NCBI GenBank assembly: GCA_964016885.1
Contig: OZ024740.1
Span: 73,532,001-73,596,000, forward strand
Direction of reading: 5' to 3'
Source: Eledone cirrhosa
Taxonomy: Eukaryota
DNA length: 64,000 nucleotides
In this document: one piece after another, positions 52,605 through 64,000 of the stretch
How the letters are laid out: each line of letters opens with the position of its first letter
Numbering within the stretch: position 1 is the first letter of the stretch
Program-made: the position numbers and the translations under genes
Notes under the pieces: model-generated
What the model saw: the letters and a program-made list of their open reading frames with translations, nothing else
Databases searched by the model: none
What the model was told of the DNA's origin: nothing

Positions 52605-55600
52605 TGATCGCTATAAAGATACCATATTTATTATTAAAAGGGGACCACTAAAGACTAGCAGTAAACAGCAAACCCCTAAATGCAAATCCCGGTAAACATT
52701 AACAATAACCATAAACCAGGAAACCTAGGACCACTCTAAAACCCTCCGATGTCCTAGCAATAACCATAACATAACCACAACTACCACAAAAGAGATATAA
52801 CTACTAACTAATGCAGTAGAAAACATATTAATTGCTCTACAATCTTAACATTGACTACTGTATAATTGCAAACACATTGAATTTAGTCTACAAAAATACC
52901 ACATATATAATAGAGGGGAGAGTACAAAACCCTAGCAATAAATAATGACTAAATTTAAGAGTTAGACACTAAATTGAAACCCCAACTAACACTAAGAATA
53001 AACTTATACCCTAAACATATCCGTGAACATGAGGACTAACTTTAAATAACAAACCTAAGCCCACCCTAAAATCCTCCGATGTCCTAGCAATAACCATAAC
53101 ATAACCCAAGTCCTAACTCCAATCTTAATAAAAGTGATATAACTACTAATACAGCAGATAACTCATTAATTGCCATAGTCTTAACATCAACGTCTATATA
53201 AATACAAACGGATTAATTTAAAGTTTGTTTATTAAAATACCATATTTATAATAGGAGGGGGCAAGCACTAAGGCCCAGCAGTAAATATTCACTGAACGTA
53301 ATTGCTAACCCCTAAATTCATATCCCAACAAACTCTAAAGCTAACCTTGAACTTTCCATGAACATTGAGACTAAACCAGCATCTCTAAGCTCTAAATTCT
53401 GTCGATACCCTAACAGTAGCCATAAAATACATCATTGTCCCATGCATCAAATAAATATTTAATTTAATTTAATATCAACAAATATGTTCCATATTTTTAT
53501 GAGTTCAAATCCGCCGAGGTTAACTTTTGCCTTTCATCCTTACGAGGTCGATAAAATAAAGTACCAGTGGTGCACTGGGATAATCGCTGGCCTTGTGCCA
53601 AAAGTAGAAACTATATTTTTATATTCCACGCGCAAGGAAGATAACTCAAAAAGCTTGCATCTAAAAATTATATCAGTAATCTCCCTTTAACCGTTAGTTT
53701 CTATGATCTTTTTAAAACAGTTTTGTATACATACACACAAACAAGACTACCCGAAATTCTAATGAAAGGTATATAACTACTAATTAATGAAGCGGAAAAC
53801 ATACAAGTGATTGTTCTATACCCTCAACACTAACTTCTATATAAATGCAGACACATTAAATTAAATTTAGTCTATAAAAATACTATTTACTCAATAGAAG
53901 GTGGAGCACAAACGCCTAGCACTAAATGTTGACTTTAAACTTAACAGCTAACCCCTAAGTTCGAACCCAACAGACACTAATGCTAACAATAAACCCTAAC
54001 CATGACCATGAACATTAAGCCTAACATTAAACCAGCAAACGTAAGCTCTAACAGCCTCCAATGTCCCAGAAATAACCATATCATATAAAATTGCCCATGT
54101 ATCAAATCAAATTCTGTGTCAGGCTAACATTAATTCTAACCTTAACAGCAAACCAAAACGGACCATAACCTTAAGTTTAAACTAACTCCTAAAGCCATCT
54201 GCTGTCCTAGCACTAATCATAACATGTATAATTGCCAATGTATGAAATCAAATTTAGGAATAACAAATATATTTAAATGTATGTTTTAAGAGATGACACC
54301 CCGTCCTAAAGTTCATTGGCAGGACATATGAACAAAAGAACCCTTGTGTTTATGTGCGCGTGCCCGCAAACATACACACGATCATACATATTATAGAATG
54401 CTGAGCAATAAAGACAAGCAGTAAACAGCTAACCCCCAAATGCAAACCCAGGCAGACATTAACAATAACCATAAAACAGGAAACCTGGTACCGCTCTAAA
54501 ACCCTCCGATATCCTAGCAATAACCCCAACTACCACAAAAGAGATATAACTACTAACTAATGCAGTAGAAAACATAGTTAGTTCTCTACAATCTTAACAT
54601 TGACTACTGTATAATTGCAAACACATTGAATTTAGTCTATAAAAATACCACATATTTGATAGAAGGGAGAGTACAAAACCCTAGCAATAAAGAGTAACAA
54701 AATTTAAGAGTTAAACCCTAGATTCAAAGCCCAACAAACACTAACAATAAACTTATACCATAAACATGTCCGTGAACATTAGGACTGAATTTAAAACCAC
54801 CCTAAAACCCTCCGATGTCCTAGCAATAACCATAACATAACCCCAGCCCTAACCCCAATCTTAATAAAAGTTATATAACTACTAATACAGCAGATAAATC
54901 ATTAATTACCATAGTCTTAACACCAACGTCTATATAAATAGAAACGGATTAATTTAAACTTTGTTTATAAAAATACCATATTTATAATAGGAGGGGGGAA
55001 GCACTAAGGCCCAGCAGTAAATATTCACTGAACGCAATTGCTAATCCCTAAATATATATATCAACAAACTCTAATACTAACCTTGAACTTTCCATGAACA
55101 TTAAGACTAAACCAGCATCCCTAAGCCCTAAATTCTGCCGATACCCTAGTAATAACCATAAAATATATCATTGTCCCATGCATCAAATAAATATTGTCTC
55201 AAGTCTAATATAAATATTAGTAATCTCCCTTTAACCGTTAATTTGTATGATTTTTTAACATAGCGTTGTACACATATACACAAGAGTACCCGAAATTCTA
55301 ATGAGAGGTAATTAATGAAGCGGAAAATATACAACCGATTGTTCTGCACGCTCAACACTAACTTCTATATAAATGCAGACACAATAGATTAAATTTAGTC
55401 TATAAACATACTATTTACACAATAGAAGGTGGAGCACAAAAGCCTAGTACTAAATGTTGACTTTAAATTTAACAGCTAACTCCTAAGTTCAAATAGACAC
55501 TAATGCTAACCATAAACACTAACCATGACAATGAACATTAAGCCTAACTTTAAACCAGCAAACCTAAGCTCTAACAGCCTCCAATGTCCTAGAAATAACC

Positions 55601-55908
55601 ATAACATATATAATTGCTCATGTATCAAATCAAATTCTGTGTCAGGCTAACATTAATTCTAACCTTAACAGCAAACCAAAACAGACTATAACCTTAAGTT
55701 TAAACTAACTCCTAAAGCCATCTGCTGTCCTAGCACTAATCATAACATGTATAATTGCCAATGTCTGAAATCAAATTTAGGAATAACAAATATATTTAAA
55801 TGAAATGGAGAGTAATCCTACAGTTTTTTAACTATGTTTTAAGAGATAACTCCCCGTCCTAAAGTTAATTGGCAGGACTTATGAACAAAATAGCCTTTGT
55901 ATTTACGT

Positions 55909-55950
<42 letters not shown>

Positions 55951-56245
55951 TCGCTGTAAAATACCATATCTCTTATATATGCGGGAGCACTAAGGCCTAG
56001 CAGTAAATAGCTAAATATAAATACAAACCTAGGACCGCTCTAAAATCCTCCCATGTCCCAGCAATAACCATAACATAACCCCAACCGCAACAAAAGAGAT
56101 ATAACTACTAACTAATGCAGTAGAAATCATAGTAATTTCTCTGCAATTTTTACATTGACTACTGTATAATTGCAAACATTTTGAATTTAGTCTATAAAAT
56201 ACCACATATTTGATAGAGAGGAGAGTACAAAACCCCAGCAATAAA
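47597..56245. repeat. Complex satellite (~330-bp monomers in ~1.6-1.8-kb higher-order units) with embedded SINE pieces
   Basis: Marker atgtcctagcaataaccata or variants at 47751, 48080, 48406, 49205, 51046, 51376, 52749, 53079, 54814 and 56053; unit starts after (CA)n+gatc at ~47600, 50933, 52605, 54378 and 55948. Confidence 0.9.
52381..52604. repeat. (CA)n/(CACG) microsatellite
   Basis: Direct reading; the CV/TH ORFs are artefacts. Confidence 0.95.
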
Positions 56246-57624
56246 TCTACTTATATATATAACCAGCAATTTCTCTGTCTGTCTGTCCGACAGTGGAAAC
56301 ACGTGCGTAGAGAGAGAGTGAGAATGAAAGAAAGAGACAGACTACGAGAGGGGGATAGCGGGAGGGAGAGAGGGAGAGAGAGAGAGTGAATAGACGCTAA
56401 AACACGTCCTACAGAAACATTACCTTCCCCTCTCCACTAACTTTGGTCACTGAGGCCGAGGGAATTGCACTGAGCGCGTCATAATGACGTAATGCAGACA
56501 GCCAGACATACAGACAGATATTATAAGGGCGCAACGTTATATCTATGTATCTATCTAAAAAGAAAGACTAAGAATTATATAGAGAGAACGCTAAATCGCC
56601 TAATGCGGTCCCTAAGGCATTGAAAATTTGAAATAATTTTTGCTCAAAACACTCACAGGACCATAAGTATTACATGTCTAAAGTTTGAAAACAATCGGTT
56701 GGATGGTTCTCAAGTTTTAGTGAGCTGACAGACAGACAGACATTCTCTGTTTTAGATATATAGACTAGCAGAAAACCGCCCCCGGGTGGTTTTCTGCTAG
56801 TCTATATATATAAAACAAAGAATGTCTGTGTATCTGTTTCCCTAAAACTCGAGAACTACCCAACTGTTTTTTTTCAAACTTTACACATGTAATACTTATA
56901 GTCCTATTGAGTGTTCTGAGCAAAAAAGATTTCAAATTTTCAATGCCCTAGGGACCGCATTAGGCGATTTAGCGATCTCTTTCTCTTTCTCTTAGTCTTT
57001 CTGTTTTTAGATAGATACATAGGTATGACGTCGCGCCTTCATAATATGTGTTTGTATGCCTGGCTGTCTGCATTACGACATTATGACTCGATCAGTGTGC
57101 GTGTGTATATATATGTATATATATAGTGTGTGTATATATGTATATATTCTTATGCCAGGGAACGTCTTGAACCAAAGTATCGTCTTCCTGTTTTCCTTCG
57201 GTTGCAACGTTTTTCGAAATATTTACATCTGCGGTCACAGATTGATTTTTTTTTAGTTTCAGGAGATCCCATTAAGGTTGAAAGCAGCTATTCTTTCCTT
57301 AAACAATAATATGTTATTTTAATATAGATATTCGTGTACAGATATTTTTGCATACACAAAACAAAATATAAACAAACAAGGCTGGCGATTACATAATCAC
57401 ATGCATCACTGACAGATATTTTTGCATACACAAAAACAAAATATAAACAAACAAGGCCAACGATTATATCAGTTAGTCTTAGTGTACTTCATACTGCTTT
57501 TAGATAGAAGATCCCGTTAAGGTGAAAGCAGCGATTCATTTTCTGCGTTCACAGATTGATTTTTTAGTTTCAGAAGATCCCGTTAAGTGTGAAAGCAGTT
57601 ATTCTTTGCTTAAACTTTAATCTG

Positions 57625-57719
<95 letters not shown>

Positions 57720-57860
57720 TATATTCGTGTACAGATATTTTTGCATACACAATAACAAAGTATAAACAAACGTATTTATTTCACGAGGCTCGATAAGGAT
57801 AAATATATATCAAATATATAAGAACCCTAGAGTAAATCCCGAGCAGCGCCGGGCCATTCT
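56246..57860 (+). mobile_element. Non-autonomous Helitron-like composite
   Basis: 5' TCTACTTATATATATAA followed by (TCTG)n; internal CTAG|TCTATATATATAAAA junctions; 3' hairpin cccgagcagcgccggg at 57838-57853; internal direct repeats 57229-57378 and 57543-57770. Confidence 0.6.
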
Positions 57861-58035
57861 TTAACCCAATATATTCAGTTGATATCACGTAATATCTATG
57901 TATATACTACTCTATATATTCGGTTGATATCATAAATAATATCTATGTATTTATAACTCGATTAAATTGATATAATGTGTTTTGTCAGAGAATATTACAA
58001 GCTAAATATTAAAATGCTTCCATAATATATATTGT

Positions 58036-58305
58036 GAAGGCACGTGGCTTAGAAGTTAGAACGTTGAGCTCACAATCGGAAAGTTGTAAGTTCGAATCCC
58101 GGACAGAGAGATGAGTTACGTTCTTGAGCAAGACATTTTATTTCACGTTGCTCTAGTTCACTCAGCTGTAGTTGCGACATTACAGGTGACAAGCTGTAAT
58201 GCCATTTTCTTTCCCTTGGACATCATCGGTCCTGTGGGGGAAAAGAGACTGGCATGTATGGGTGACTGCTGGTCTTCCACAAACACACCTTACCCAGGCT
58301 TGTGC
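58036..58305 (+). mobile_element. tRNA-derived SINE (CORE-like segment)
   Basis: gaaggcacgtggcttagaagttag...gttcgaatcccgg (A/B boxes), then ttcttgagcaagacattttatttcacgttgct. Confidence 0.75.
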
Positions 58306-58409
58306 TTCTTTTATTGACCTCAAATGTATGAAAGGCAAAGTTGATCTCGACTCGAAACGAACCCCACACAGCTTTCTATCTGACGTTCTAACCACTCTGC
58401 CAATTCTGG

Positions 58410-58692
58410 AAACACCTACTACATAATTACAAAGCTCCAGAGTGACTAACATCAACAATCTATAATATTCTGAATAACTTGAATAATTTATTGCAGACAT
58501 CCACAGTTATCTCCCTTACATCGATCTATTGTGGGTTTATCTCCCCCAGGGGAAGTGACTGTTTCTGCACATGCGCATTCGTACAGTTGTTTTTTCTTTT
58601 ACGTATAACTTCATTTAAACCAAGCTGAGGATCCGAATAAAGTGAAATATTTGTTCTCGGTATGGTGAACTAACTGTTGTGGAACTACTTCT
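58410..58692 (+). mobile_element. Second copy of the 31.4-kb Penelope 3' end, with hammerhead at 58619-58661
   Basis: Encodes LHNYKAP; shares cagttatctcccttaca and gcatgcgc.ttcgtac; accaag-CTGAGGA-...-GAAA-tatttg-TT-ctcggt; identical tail ggtatggtgaactaactgttgtg. Confidence 0.8.
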
Positions 58693-58762
<70 letters not shown>

Positions 58763-58767
<5 letters not shown>

Positions 58768-58970
58768 AAAAAGTATGACCCCGACGGCAGAGCTCAAGCC
58801 GTTTCGACGGCTATTTCTGGACGTCTAGAAATAGCGTCCAGAAATAGCCGTCGAAACGGCTTGAGCTCTGCCCTCGGGGTGATACTTTTTCCTATTTCCC
58901 ACTCTACTACCCTAAGTATTGAGTTCTCTGGTGCGTTATGGTCCATCTGGTTCCTTACCACAATTCCTTC
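58763..58970 (+). mobile_element. Penelope-like pLTR fragment starting with a palindrome of hammerhead 3' halves
   Basis: Palindrome 58763-58895 (GAAA-cggc..gccg-TC-gggg on the minus arm); tail ccactctactaccctaagta..tggtcca shared with 30585-30783. Confidence 0.65.
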
Positions 58971-58997
58971 GTTATATATATATATACATATATAATT

Positions 58998-59731
58998 GAA
59001 AATAGAGAAATTAATGTAAGCAAGAAGCCGACAGTATTTCAGATATATAAGTGACAATAACATCAAGATGTAAATATTTAACGTAAGATATGGGAGAATG
59101 AATCAATCTTAATTCAAAACAAGTCAAGAAGAAAAATGTTATCCTCAGACTTTGTGTAATCCGGGGAAAAAACTAATAGAATCTTAACTCAAAATAAAAT
59201 CAAGATGAGATACTTATCCGTCAATTTGGGAAAATCTACAAATGCACTATATAGTCTTAAAAAGACTATTTCACGAAACTTTTCAGTGGGGTTAGTCACG
59301 TTTGGAATCGTTCCTCAGTAGTGCTCATACGTTAACTAAGTCTCACTGCTAAAATATACCAGAGGGGAATTTAAAAGCAGGCAGGTCAAACATCGTGTGG
59401 AATTGAAATAATAAAAACACACGTGGAGGCCAACTAGTGATGCCAGAATGAGACGAAAGTCTGTTTACAAGAAACAGCAGTCAAAACATTCCGAAAAAAC
59501 TCTACAAAAAATATGGAGTTCAGCATAAAGCAATATTATCGCAGTTTTTTTTTTAAACTGGGATTTGTCACAAATAATATTAAGCACTCAAGGAAACATT
59601 CCGAGCTTAAATATATAAATGAAAATAGAGAAATTAATGTAAGCAAGAAGCCGACAGTAATTCAGGCATATAAGTGACAATAACATCAAGATGAAAAATA
59701 TTTAACGTAAGATATGGGAGAATGAATCAAT
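58998..59731 (-). mobile_element. Hammerhead-containing 623-bp unit bounded by ~110-bp direct repeats
   Basis: gaaaatagagaaattaatgtaagcaagaagccgacag...gggagaatgaatcaat at 58998-59107 and 59621-59731; (TA)-rich flanks; no ORF. Confidence 0.7.
59244..59324 (-). ncRNA. Full type I hammerhead ribozyme
   Basis: gcacta-CTGAGGA-acga...tcgt-GAAA-tagtctt(ttt)aagacta-TA-tagtgc: perfect 6-bp stem I, 4-bp base of stem II, 8-bp stem III. Confidence 0.88.
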
Positions 59732-60022
59732 ATTAAATATATATATGTATGTAAAAGGTAAACATAAATAACAACACAATCGATGATGATGATATGATAG
59801 TTCCTTGATCATGCAGAAAATGAATATATATAAATGAACCACGTTGACACCAAACAACTATATTATTAATTTATTGAAAATAGCTCACACCGAAGTTATA
59901 TGAAAAATACACAGGAATTATGGACGTTATTTGTTTGTTTGTAAAAGTAGAGTTAAAGTCGTATTTACCAAGAAAACTTCACGAACTTAACCGGCTTGGT
60001 TAAGAGAGGGACCAAGAGATAA

Positions 60023-60127
<105 letters not shown>

Positions 60128-60412
60128 CCAAGAGGTCTCTAGAAAGCAATAGTTTACATGTTCACTCTATCAAAATCCGCTTCGAACTGCTGCCGGCTTG
60201 ATCTAAGGCAGGCTATTTATATCTGTCGCTTCCTCTGTCCCCAAGCCTTGAGAACAAATGCTGACCTCTAGAGGTCGTCCACTCACAGATGTATTGATGC
60301 CCGAAAGGAGTTAACGTAGAAAATGACCATTAAATGTCACCCAGGGGACAAGGTGTGGATAGATTTTGATACACATACATAGATTTTGATACAGATTTTG
60401 ATACACATACAT

Positions 60413-60539
<127 letters not shown>

Positions 60540-60695
60540 TATTTTCCGTTGTGTTGTAATATAAATATTACACACAGTAGATTGACAGCTCACGTAGAGT
60601 TTGCTCGACGGTTCCAGTTGTAGTTCCAAAAGTAATCCGGAGAAAAATAGAAAGATTTGAATGGATACAGTTTAGTTGAAAGGAATTTATTGACA

Positions 60696-61350
60696 CGTGT
60701 TTCTATAACAGTTACATAACCTGAAAACGGCTGCTATCTACAAAGTTTTAGTTATGCAGACATTCAATATTTCAATGTTATTATTTACTGTCATTTCATC
60801 AGAATAATATTACTGAGGACCTATTTTGGTTTTTATAGACAATATTAGGAGGGAGGGGTGAAGTTGTTAGAAGAATAGTTGAGGGAGTGGTTTTTTGATA
60901 GCAGTGAGAATTTTTGGTGGCAGTGAGTAATTAGATTCCCATCTGTTGTTTTGACATTTTTATAGAATATATTATTGGTTATTTTTCTAAATTTATAGAA
61001 GGATTAGAGATAGTAAAGATATGCGTGGTTGGTTTTGTGTTTGCACTTAATTAACATTCAGACTTAAATTTTTCTTTCAAGTGTACGTATCCTTTCACCC
61101 ACGCATTCACACACAAATATATTTGCACACCTCTACAAAATACATATACTCACATTCACATATTCATACTTACATACATATACACATGCATACATATATA
61201 TATATATACACACATGTATTCATGTACATACATACGCGTTCATGTGTATACATTTTCATACTCAACTTATCTTTATATACACACGTATAGACACACACAT
61301 ATATACATACATACTCTAGTCTATGTGTACACATATACACATACATACAC

Positions 61351-61439
<89 letters not shown>

Positions 61440-62223
61440 CACTTTAATACATGAATACACTTACATCAAACTATACACATCAAACATATATATATATTTA
61501 CTTATTTATATACATTTTCACATATATATACATACTTATGGACGTTTTTAGACACATTCATTATCGCATATTTGCACCTATTATCATCAGCATATCTTTC
61601 CATTATTAGTGTGGTAATTTAAGGTTATTAATATATGTTGAGAAGAGATTGTTTTTATATTTTTCTAACTAGATTGAGGTTTATATAGTTGGGGGGATGT
61701 CCCTCTTTTATGTAATATTCGGCTTGTAGTGGGAAAAAAGGGGTTTAGTTCTGTGACGGCAGAATAATGTTCGTTCAATTCTGTTATTCAGCAATTTCTT
61801 CTTGTGTGTGATTATGTAATAAATCTCAAGATTACACAATTTGCAGAAATTTTGGCTCCTGGAAAAGCTTTGGGTTTTAGCTAATTTCTCCCATTTTAGG
61901 GTAAACTTTTGATCGCTATCCCTGAGCGTCCAGGCTTTTTCTGCTAAAGTTGTTACATTTCTTTGGCTCTGGTGTTTTATTGAGTAAGAATGCCTATATA
62001 ATCGAGATTTAAACGATGTTGCCGTTGATCCTACGTAATACCACTCGTTGCCTCCGGATTTAATGGTACACTTATAAATAATATTTTTTTCCCGGCAGGT
62101 CCTCAGTAATATTATTCTGATGAAATGACAGTAAATAATAACATTGAAATATTGAATGTCTGCATAACTAAAACTTTGTAGATAGCAGCCGTTTTCAGGT
62201 TATGTAACTGTTATAGAAACACG
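60696..62223 (-). mobile_element. 5'-truncated Penelope-like element with inverted pLTRs
   Basis: 127-bp inverted repeats 60696-60822 and 62097-62223, each with CTGATGA-aatg..catt-GAAA-tattgaatg-TC; GIY-YIG frame inside. Confidence 0.88.
61708..62100 (-). CDS. Penelope GIY-YIG endonuclease C-terminal domain (no start codon, absent from ORF track)
   Basis: Manual translation: TCREKNIIYKCTIKSGGNEWYYVGSTATSFKSRLYRHSYSIKHQSQRNVTTLAEKAWTLRDSDQKFTLKWEKLAKTQSFSRSQNFCKLCNLEIYYIITHKKKLLNNRIERTLFCRHRTKPLFSHYKPNIT*. Confidence 0.88.
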   Translation of the reverse strand, partial: TCREKNIIYKCTIKSGGNEWYYVGSTATSFKSRLYRHSYSIKHQSQRNVTTLAEKAWTLRDSDQKFTLKWEKLAKTQSFSRSQNFCKLCNLEIYYIITHKKKLLNNRIERTLFCRHRTKPLFSHYKPNIT

Positions 62224-62248
62224 AACACCGGGGGTACAATGTATATAT

Positions 62249-62292
<44 letters not shown>

Positions 62293-63533
62293 ATAAATTA
62301 ACGGAGGGATAGGCCCTCGCTATTCCCTGTAAATAATGTGCTCATAGAAATTTGGGACTTGACTTCTTCTTCCTCACTTTTCGTTGCTCACCATTTTTGT
62401 TGTTTACACTCTTGTCCCCTTTATTTACGTGTCCCAACGACTTTTTTTAGCCGTTGCTCGCACCCAATAAGCGTCAAAATATAATGTAAAATATAATTTT
62501 TAAAAAAGAGGGAGCGTCTTATGCAAAGGGGCGTCCAATAGGCCGGCAAATATGGTATTTTGTTATTAATAATTTAGCGTTAAAAAATATATATTGCCAC
62601 GTAAAAAGCCATAAAAAGTCGGGAAGATATTTACGTTTTCGCGAATATGTGGTGGTTTCCACGAACAGTTATTAGTTTGGTTCTAAGGGAATTCCGCGAA
62701 TAACCGGGACCGCGAACACCGGGGGTACAATGTATATATATACATACATATATATATATATATATATATCACGATAAATTAACGGAGGGATAGGACCTCG
62801 CTATTCCCTGTAAATAATGTGCTCAAAGGAGAAGAAATCCTGAGCTCTTTAAAATACAATATGTTGAAAAGGTAACACACCAGGTAACACAAAGGTAACA
62901 TACAGAGCATTATCAATAAAACAGGGAAAAAAACCACGTGTGTTATATAGTTATAGAGGTATTTATTTACGCTTTAATTTATATTTTTAATTATCGTGTC
63001 TATAGTCTGCCTTTCATAGGTTATAGATTCCATACACTGGTGGTTTTTTCCCTGTTTTATTGATAATGCACTGTATATCTCTCTCTGGTGTGTTACCTTT
63101 TCAACATATTGTATTTATGTTAGCCTCTTCCTCACCCTTCACTCACTCATTCTCTGTTACTACCCCTCCTCCTCCTCTTTCTTCCTGTTTTACCTGTGCG
63201 TAATTCTTTTCTTTCGCACTCTTGGTCTGGCAGGTCGTTCTTTTTCTCTCTTTCGTCTACGATTTCACAGAACTCACGTTCACCGAAATCACAGACTAGA
63301 TCCCTTCTTCCTCCCGTTAGACCTGTACGGAATTCCTTCCTTGCTTACATTCCAACCAGGTTTGATGGTCTTTATTCTCTCTCGTTCACGATTTCACCGA
63401 ATTTAAATTCATAGAAATTTGGGACTTGACTTCTTCTTCCTCACTTTTCGTTGCTCACCATTTTTGTTGTTTACACTCTTGTCCCCTTTATTTACGTGTC
63501 CCAACGACTTTTTTTAGCCGTTGCTCGCACCCA
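62222..63533. repeat. Local direct and inverted duplications
   Basis: A: 62222-62344 and 62713-62825. B: 62342-62466 and 63409-63533. Inverted pair: 62852-62936 and 63041-63116. Confidence 0.85.
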
Positions 63534-63607
63534 CCGGATGTATATGGTCTTTAAAGCGATGAAATACCAATGATGGTTGGAAGATCACTGATGAAGGACT
63601 AACTTTA

Positions 63608-63665
<58 letters not shown>

Positions 63666-64000
63666 TCAGACCCGTAACTCCAGAGAGATTCGTAGGAGAA
63701 CAATTTTGATATCCGGCGTATGTAAATCATATTTAAACATCGCGGAGACCATCTCTTCTTCAAGTCATACATAGATATATATATATGTATGTTTGTATGT
63801 TTGTCTGTTTGTATGTCTGTATGTATGTATGTTCTCTTTCTCTTAATTTCGAGTACATTTTAATGGGGCACATTCCTGGTGGCAAAATTGTGTAAGAAAA
63901 GAAATTGTCATTCCTTGAATCACATATGAAATTATATATACACCCCAAAACATGCACTCACACCAACACACACATATATATGTGTGTGTGTTGGCGTGAG

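Noticed and set aside
58036-58105. tRNA gene
   Set aside because: A/B boxes continue into SINE core sequence and no clean acceptor stem is seen; it is a SINE head.
63585-63612. cactgatgaagg as a hammerhead core
   Set aside because: No GAAA or stem III follows before the (TA)n; at best a truncated remnant.

Overview
Repeat-dense, AT-rich animal genomic DNA. The repeat set (RTE and R4/Dong LINEs, Penelope-like elements, tRNA-derived SINEs, abundant (TA)n) suggests an octopod cephalopod; this is inference. No complete host gene is visible, and most ORFs in the track are artefacts of simple repeats. Layout: 1-2.4 kb, two hAT MITEs with 8-bp TSDs and a possible solo LTR. 2.4-7.65 kb, a G/T-skewed minisatellite. 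7.66-18.5 kb, a complex satellite with a ~4.67-kb higher-order period. 18.7-25.0 kb, a TTAGGG-related hexamer array interrupted by a 2-kb non-autonomous LTR element with a tRNA-Trp PBS. 25.2-29.6 kb, pentamer arrays, a foldback element and candidate acidic exons. 29.6-47 kb, nested Penelope, RTE, R4, Tigger, hAT and SINE fragments. 47.6-56.2 kb, a second complex satellite. 56.2-64 kb, Helitron and Penelope fragments with local rearrangements. Main discoveries by eye: (1) ten near-complete type I hammerhead ribozyme motifs plus two half-motif palindromes from several Penelope-associated families, many with a U-U pair at the base of stem II and fold-back duplications centred on the ribozyme; (2) a textbook hammerhead inside a non-coding 623-bp repeat-flanked unit; (3) a GIY-YIG frame missed by the ORF track; (4) evidence that the 7.6-29.6 kb satellites grew from one foldback element. 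All coordinates were read manually and may be off by a few bases.
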